Below are positions 56,607 through 64,000 of a stretch of DNA of 64,000 bases, piece by piece. Below the pieces are notes generated by a model, which was not told the DNA's origin, did not search any database, and was given only the letters and a program-made list of their open reading frames with translations. The stretch's first letter is position 1. Every line of letters starts with the position of its first letter. A program made the translations under genes and the position numbers. Origin of the DNA: Selaginella moellendorffii (Eukaryota; Plantae; Lycopodiophyta); contig NW_003314282.1 of NCBI RefSeq assembly GCF_000143415.4, forward strand, positions 1,755,374-1,819,373, in the 5' to 3' direction.

Positions 56607-58127
56607 ATGGGGGCCGAAGCCACTCTCACAATGCCGGTGGATTTCAAGGTGGAGCTCGTCAAGGAGCCGGAGCTCGTCATGCCGGAGCAGCCAGTGGAGG
56701 AGCAGCACTACTTCCTGTCAAACTTGGATCAGAACATCGCGGTGGTGATGAAAACAATCTACCTGTTTGAGTCGAGCAGCGCCAGAGCCGCGGACAATCC
56801 CGCCGACGTGATCCGCCAAGGCCTGTCCAAGGCGCTGGATCACTACTACCCGCTCGCCGGCAGGCTGGGAATCAGCAGCGAAGGAAAGCTCGAGGTGGTG
56901 ATGAAGAAGAGCGGCGATGGAGCCGAGCAGCAAGGAGTCGTGTTTGCCGAGGCCGAGGCCGATGCTCGAATTTGCGACCTGGGAGATATCATCAGGCCCG
57001 GTTCCACACCTCTGCTCCAGCTTGTCTACGCAATTCCGGGCGCCAAGAACGTCCTTGAAGTTCCTCCCATGACTGTCCAGGTAACGGTCGCTAGAAGAAG
57101 AAAAAAGACCGGTTTTTGATCGCTCCACCGAAAATCCTGGTTTTTCTTTCCTTCTCCTGTCGTTCTCGGTATGATCCTCTCCTTGCCTGTCCAGGTGACG
57201 AAATTCAAGTGCGGCGGCTTCGTCCTCGGGCTTTGCATCAACCACTGTATGTTCGATGGGATTGGAGCGATGGAGTTTGTTCACGCCTGGGCCGAGCTAA
57301 GCCGAGGCTTTCCACTGTCACTCACCCCCGAGCTCGACCGGAGCGTCCTCAAGGCCCGGAGTCCACCGCTGGTCGAGTTCCCCCACCTCGAGTACGCTCA
57401 AGTCGACGACGTCTCTGGCGGCTCGCAGCAGAACTTACACCTTAACGACGACGACCAACTTGTGTATAGAGTGTTTCGTATCCGGGGCCAGCAGCTGGAG
57501 CAGCTCAAGTCGCAGATCGATAACGAAATGGTGGCGGCACAGGAAGATAACGTCGACGCCCCCGGGTGGCGAAAGTGTAGCACCTTCGAGGCGCTCTCGG
57601 CTCTGGTGTGGAAGTGCCGGACCAAAGCTCTGGCCATGGATGACAGGCAGCCGAGCAAGCTTCTGTTCGCGGTGGACTACCGGTCGAGAATCCAGCCACC
57701 GCTTCCCAAAGGTTTCATGGGAAACGGCATCATGCTGACTTACGCCATGACCACGGCGTCGGAGCTCGAAAGCAAGCACCTGTCCGAGGTGGTGTCGCTC
57801 GTAAGAGAGGCCATAGCTCGGATTCACGACTCTTATATCCGGTCCTCCATCGACTGCTTCGAGCTGCAGCGTTTCTGTCCCAGTCTCTTCTCGACTTTGC
57901 TCGTCAGCACCTGGTCTCGGCTGTCTTTCCACACGACGGACTTTGGATGGGGGGAGCCGCTGCATTCAGGCCCCGTCGGTTTCTCTGAGCCGGAGGTCTG
58001 TCTCTTCCTCTCGCACGGGAGAGAGACGAAAGACATGAATCTCATCCTCGGCTTCCGGTCTGACGCCATGACACGGTTTCATGACGAGCTGGAACAGGTA
58101 CTTGGCCAGGTGCTGTGCTCCACCTAA
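56607..58127 (+). CDS. BAHD acyltransferase, omega-hydroxyacid feruloyl transferase (HHT/ASFT)-like
   Basis: YFLSNLDQNIAV, YYPLAGRL, HCMFDG (HXXXD), TWSRLSFHTTDFGWGEP. Single intron 57081-57194. Confidence 0.9.
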
Positions 58128-58592
58128 ACACTCGTTTCCCCGAACAGACTGCTTATTTTTTATATTCGATTCTCTACCTCGTCCCTGCCCCTCCCTGCTT
58201 TGAAAGAAAGAGAAACACAACAGTAGGAAAAAGTAGCATGCAGAATAGTTTGATTTTACCTCTACCGCTTCTGCTGCTGCTGCTGCTGCTCCAGCTTTGA
58301 TCATCGAGTGCAGGAAGGAAAAGGAAAATGCAAGCTGCTTTTCTTGTTCCTGTTGTAAAGTCTCGCTCGATCGCAGCTGTGGTGTATAAAGAAGTTGGCA
58401 GTGCCACAAAGATGAGCCTTTAAAGTCCTCCGTCCGTCCGTTATGCCTTACATTTAGAGATGGATAGTCCTGTGCCACCTACTGAAGCATAAACAGAAAT
58501 AAAAAGCAAGAGTAAGTTATAAGAACGATCGGTAATGCTTTAGATCGAGTTTGTTATAATCCTATCCAGGAAATCATGTACCGCCAACAGTC

Positions 58593-60462
58593 TCATTTCA
58601 AAAAGTTGCACGACCCTTTGACACCTTTCCACAGGCTCTCCTTCTGAGGCGTACTCGCGGCAGCAGCGCTGCTTTCCTCCAGGAGCAAATTTTCAACCTC
58701 TTTAGAATCATGCTTCCTCCGAAACTGCACAGGACAAACAAACGGATCATCTCATTTTTGTGAAGAAGAGGTGGCATTGCCAGCCAGCTACCACAAAGAG
58801 GAGCCACAGTTTGTAGCTGCAAGAATGTTCGCCTGTGTCCGCTTCTTTTGCAAGATCAAGCTCGTTTAAAATGAACAAGACGTGCTTTCCGTGAACCTCC
58901 TTATCCCGAGAGCGTTCAACTTTGAATTCGTCGAAAAGCTCGTTATAAGTCAGCAGCCCGTGAGCCAGAAACCGTCTGTGAATCCATAGAGCCTAAAAAA
59001 ACAAGTTCATGAGAGACATTTACAGCGCAACATTCCAACCTCATTCCCGAAGGACATGTCCTTAATTGAATCAGCGTTCCCCTTGAGCTCCTCCTGTTCA
59101 AAGTCAGGGAATGAATACTTTCAGTCATCATTCTGGCTTCAAATAAGCACGACCTTCCACATCGAGGCCAATTCCTTCCAGCTCAGGTCAAATTCGTGTT
59201 GTCTCCAAATTAGATGTTGCAGCATGGACTGCAAAATAACCAAATGGAGTTATTCCATTTCAGTGCGTAGTAACGAAGTACCCTGCGATAGTGGAAAAAA
59301 CAGTTATCTGTACACCGGTACGAATCCCGGGATTTCAACTCCAGCTCTATCTGTAAGGCATCAACTCACAGTATCAGTCTTTCTCTTCTCTATGCGTCTT
59401 TAAAAATGGAAGCAAACAAGGTGCGTACTCGAGGGAACTTCATGAAGGAGATAAGCCAGAAACGGTGTCTCCAAGCACGGTAGTTCATCAGAGATCTCTG
59501 CCACATTGGAATGAATAAGCGGGCAGTGAGAGTGATCTCTGCAAAGATGACATATAAGAGAAGAGATGGCACTCGACTCATATATACGTAAACGACGGCT
59601 AACCTCGACAATCGCATCAACATGTTTGGATTCAGAGTCAATGATGGCATCGCTTTGGCTGGAAGTGGAGGAGAATATTTTGTTTAATGCCCACCTCCTG
59701 CAAAAAAAAACTTTTTCAAGTGCCAGAAGAGAGAAACAAAGAAAGAAAAGAAAGAGAGAAGAAACACGTACCGATGAGCCCACGCTTCCTCACTTTTTGG
59801 AGCATACGTCAAGACAAGACTGGATAGTCGTAGCTCGCTGATCATTCCTGACTGAGAAAAGCTCGACTTGCCAAGAACACGTTTCCTAGATCACGAGAAA
59901 CTTTAGATCGCCTGGAGATGAAAAACAAACGACCAAAAGGAGGAAAAGAGATCATACCTGGTGTTCCAAGCGGTCGAGTAATCCGAGTTGACAATCAGGA
60001 GTGCTCTTGTGACCTTGAGCAAACTTTCTTCCTTCGAGAAGCCATTTTCTTGCCTTTCGCACTGTTTTTCTTCCGCTCGCAATGCCGAGAACACCGCCTG
60101 TGCTTCAGTGTAGAGCGGCCTCAAAGCGTTCACTGCGATCCCTAGCTTGTGATCTCGCAGCCAAAACCAAGAAGCCTCACAGTACTCCCCAGCGCCAGCG
60201 CCCACGCAGGGGCTCTTGGATCCCTCTCCAGCGCTCGGATCAGTGTCAGCGGCGGCAAACGAGATCTCGACTGTATCAGCTGGAAGATCGTGGAGCTGCG
60301 CCAATTGCGACGGCAGGAGGAATCCCAGCTCGTCGCTGCGCGATGGATCAGAAATCACGGATGCATGGATCGAATCGATCGATCGGGATCGGGCACTTAC
60401 ATTTCGGGATCGCTGTCGAGAAGGCGCCCCAGATCCGCCAAGAGCCTCGTCCCACACTCCAT
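58593..60462 (-). CDS. Protein prenyltransferase alpha-subunit repeat protein (PTAR1-like)
   Basis: LDSDPEI|DELGF, DHKLGI, TRALLIVNSDYSTAWNTR, ERSLMNYRAWRHRFWL, DNCFFHYR, ALWIHRR. Multi-exon; some junctions uncertain. Confidence 0.78.
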
Positions 60463-60589
60463 TATTTTAGGTAGGGAAGTTATTAGGGTTCTTACTTCTC
60501 GCTTAGATCCAGCAAGGGAAGAGGAGCGCCATCGTCGTCCCAGGCGCTTCCAGGCTCAGGTACTGAGCTAGCTCTCACGATCTGGAATC

Positions 60590-62540
60590 ATGGATCCCAG
60601 CCAGGAGTTTGAATCTAGCTCCTGTTCTTGTCGGCTCACTGTGGATGAAAATGCAGGGCCTAGCGATGGTGCTCGAGGATTAGAGCTTGGATCCTCATGT
60701 CAAAGAACTGGTATGGAGTCCGTTCGAGCGATTTCTTCCATCAGTAATGACATCTCGATTCGCTTCTCCTTGTTGCTTCTCATATAGGATGCTAAGAGGG
60801 CGCAATTTTCCTGGCAAAGTTCTACTGTCGCGGAAGGCCGACTCTAGCTCTAATGTGAGAGGGAACTCTTCGGAGAGTAGGAGTTCTGATGAAGATGGCC
60901 ACTCGTTCTCGAGTGGAGCAGGAAGAAACCGGGTATGGTTTTCTAGTTTTCTTTTTATCTTTTTGTGTGTGTTCTGGATTTCTTGAGGATGGAATCGACG
61001 TGGCTTGTAGGATTTGCAAGACATCAATGGCAACGAGCTTGGAAGCTCATCGTCTGCTGGATCACCGGGAGAATCGTCAAGCAGGGAAGCCTCGGCGGAC
61101 GCTCCAAGGCCAGGCTCCGGTGGGCGAGCTACAGACACTGCTCGTGTTGCAAGATTTAAGAAAGAGTTGGCTGCCTCGACTGTAAATCTAGGTACTTTCG
61201 ACGAGACTTACTCAGCTCTCTCAAACTCTTGTTCTCTTTTTTCGCAGATGCTTTGAGAGAGCTCTCGTGGAGTGGTGTTCCCGCTGACATGAGGCCCATG
61301 ATTTGGAGACTGTTGCTGGTATGACTTTGTTTCGAGCTGAGAAAAGATTGACAATTGAAGCACGTTTATATACTTCAGAGCTTTGCGTGCAGGGTTATTC
61401 GCCTTCCAATACGGATAGAAGGGAGATGGTGCTTTCCATGAAGAGACAAGAGTACGTCGAAGACATTGCGCAGTTTTTCGACATACCCGATGAGGATCGC
61501 ACTGAGGACGAGATAAGAACCGTTCGTCAGGTGAGTAATACGGAATTTTTCCATTAGCTCGGTATGTGCTGCCTTTTACATTGTCCCTAGATTGCCGTCG
61601 ACATTCCACGGACGGTGCCGGATGTTACTTTCTTCCATCAGCCTACTATACAAACCTCACTGGAGCGAATCTTAAATATATGGTAAACCTGGAATAAATA
61701 GCTCGCGAGTATCATCTTTATGAGGTTTGCATTTTCGAGCAGGGCAGTGAGACATCCTGCGAGCGGTTACGTCCAGGGAATCAATGACTTGGCGACGCCT
61801 TTCCTCGTGGTGTTTCTCTCGGAGCATTTTGAAGGAGAGATGGAAACCTGGGACTTGTCGAAGCTTCCGCCTGAGAAGCTTACGCAAGTTGAAGCAGACA
61901 GCTACTGGTGTCTCTCCAAGCTGCTCGACAGAATCCAGGATCATTACACTTTCGCACAACCTGGAATTCAGCGCCTTGTCTTTAAGCTGAAGGAGCTGGT
62001 TCGACGAATTGATGGTAAGATCTTTCCAGTTTTCACTTTTAAAACTAGCACTCGTGCTTTGTTTAGAACCGGTAGCCAGGCATGTCGAAGAGCAGGGGCT
62101 GGACTTTTTGCAGTTTGCGTTTCGGTGGTTTAATTGCCTCTTGATAAGAGAGGTAAGACATTCTTTTGTAAATCACTTCACCTTCAATTGTTTTGTCTTC
62201 CATCACGCAGGTTCCTTTCTCATTGGTTTCTAGACTGTGGGATACTTATCTAGCCGAGGGCGACGCTTTTCCAGAGTACCTTGTATATGCCTGTGCCAGC
62301 TTCTTATTGACGGTACGCAAATCACATCATCGCAGAGGCCTGCCTGACTCTAAACTGTTCCTTTCTTTTTTATAGTGGACCGACCAGCTCCAGCAGCTAG
62401 ATTTCCAGGAGATGGTGCTTTTCTTGCAGCACTTACCAACGAAGAGATGGACTCACCAAGAGCTGGAGATGGTGCTGTCGCGAGCTTTCATGTGGAGAGT
62501 TATGTTCGACCGCTCCCCAAGTCACTTAAACTCGGGCTAA
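60590..62540 (+). CDS. TBC-domain Rab GAP, GYP1/TBC1D22-like
   Basis: LRELSWSGVP..RP.IWRLLLGY, QIAVDIPRT (Arg finger), HPASGYVQGINDL (Gln finger), LQFAFRWFNCLLIRE, RLWDTYLAEGD. Confidence 0.93.
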
Positions 62541-62731
62541 GTCGATCTATCGATTCAAAGCGCTGGCTGCTATCTAAGAAGAGAGCAAATGAAATAGAAA
62601 GAACCAGGTAGTTCTAGAAAAGTTTGCAATTTATTCGATTCCAATGTACAGTCGCCATCACTCCCTCTATAGGTATTCTACACACAAGTTCTTCCACTGT
62701 TTTTTTTTTTTTTAAGTTCTCACTCACTTCT

Positions 62732-64000
62732 TCACGCTGCTGCTGCAAAGTGTACTTCCAGATTGCTACTCGTCGAGATTCTCTTCTCGCTCACGATCTT
62801 CTTCTCGTCACCCTCGAGCTTGCAAACCCCCGGCATCCTCTCCTTGACGAGCTTCCACACCGACTCATACTCGTCGTCGGCATTGCGCAGCGATCGAAAC
62901 ATGCTCTCGAGGACGTGTGACGACGGCGAAGCCGGATCCTGGAACGGCTTCTGGACGATTCTCAAGTACTGGTACATCTCGTGAGCGGGCATTCCCTGGA
63001 GCAAGTATGGAAGCAAGCGTCCATGCGCGGCTTCCATGATGATCACGCAGCTCTCTATCGCTGCGTCCTGCTGCTTGCTCCCGAATCCGACAGTCTCGAG
63101 CAGAGGAAGAATGTCGCGCTCTTCCTCGTCGAAGTGATCTCGCGTGCTCTCCTGGATCGATATATCGAAACGTAAGCACAAAAGAGAGATTTTTCTACCA
63201 CCAAGAAGTACCTGGAACACTTTTAGCCGAGTTGCTAGCGCGACCAGAGCTTCATTATGGACGCAGCTGCCCTGTTGTAACGCCAGGACCGACTTCAGAT
63301 CCTCGCGAATCCCATTCATGATTGGTAAATCTCTGGCGTGATCAGCGTGCACAAGCTCGGTCAGTCCTGGCAAGGAAAAGAAAGAACAACCAAAACTTTG
63401 TGATCACCACGCGAAGAATTCTATGGAAAACCGAAAGAACTTACCTTTGTCCGCATTCTCCAGCACTGGAAACATGGTTCTCTCCTCCATCTGTGCGTGC
63501 TCTTGCATCAGCTCCACCAGCCGTGAGTACTCGGACGAGAGCTTCTTGATCTTCATCGCCAGCCCCGCCTTGACGGGCGAGATGGTGCTGGAATTCACCT
63601 TGGTCGCGGCCAGCTCCTCGGAGATCTTCACCACCCTCTCGATGTGGAAGAGGATGCTCCGGTGCTGGAGCAAGCACAAGCTCGCCACCGCCGGGCAAGT
63701 TCTCTCGTCGATCGCCTTGGAGACCGACATCTCCAGCAAGTCTGGATCCATCCTCACGGGAGCGTAGCTCGGGAAGAACGGCATTCGCTTGTAGTAGCCC
63801 AGGAGATTGGAGTGGACAGCTCGAATCTCGACCCCTCGAAAGAGGCCCAGCGGCCGGACGAGCTCCAGGAAAGGGATGAGGTAGACGTCCACCATGCTAA
63901 ACTCTTGGCCAAAGAAGTAAGGCCCATCTTTGCCGTGCTCCCACAGCCCCCTGTCCAATCTCGCGAACGCCGTGTCGATCTTGGCGCTGCCCTCTTGTTG
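62732..64000 (-). CDS. Hemerythrin-class glutathione S-transferase (GST C-domain + HHE domain); 5' part outside the window
   Basis: GPYFFGQEFSMVDVYLIPFL (GST C-domain), QHRSILFH, EHAQMEERTMFPVLE, HADHARDLPIMNGIREDLK, HFDEEERDILPLL. Confidence 0.85.

Noticed and set aside
1-64000. CRISPR arrays, prokaryotic operons or defence systems, rRNA/tRNA, intact transposons
   Set aside because: The sequence is intron-containing plant DNA; I saw no repeat-spacer array, structural RNA signature, transposase, RT or LTR pair.

Overview
Gene-dense eukaryotic plant nuclear DNA with short GT-AG introns (about 45-120 nt), very short intergenic spaces, PLS-type PPR genes and a hemerythrin-class GST. This fits a lycophyte such as Selaginella (inference, not proven). 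The ORF track ignores introns and uses non-ATG starts, so I re-derived gene models by hand. About 25 genes and gene relics are present: rhamnogalacturonan lyase, PPRs, TTM, DENND6, GOS1, RRP9, plastid RPS1, remorin, GC1/SulA, an EamA transporter, a SAC phosphatase, a BAHD acyltransferase, PTAR1, a TBC Rab-GAP and GST-hemerythrin. Three regions stand out. (1) A 6.6-kb tandem duplication (3721-16948) whose only intact doubled gene is an intronless non-RD kinase with C-terminal ankyrin repeats; the copies have near-identical kinase domains and diverging ankyrin halves. (2) A rearranged block (20950-27000) between DENND6 and GOS1, with partly inverted fragments of both neighbours, an ATPase_2/STAND-like P-loop NTPase and an F-box gene. 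(3) A 44-53 kb island with an AT-rich bulb-lectin gene and a three-member family of small secreted Asn/(Ile-Asn)-rich proteins flanking a CRINKLY4-like receptor kinase (DFG->NFG), which sits behind a duplicated copy of one peptide gene's promoter. A U12-type AT-AC intron is visible in the SAC gene. No CRISPR, rRNA, tRNA or intact transposon was found.
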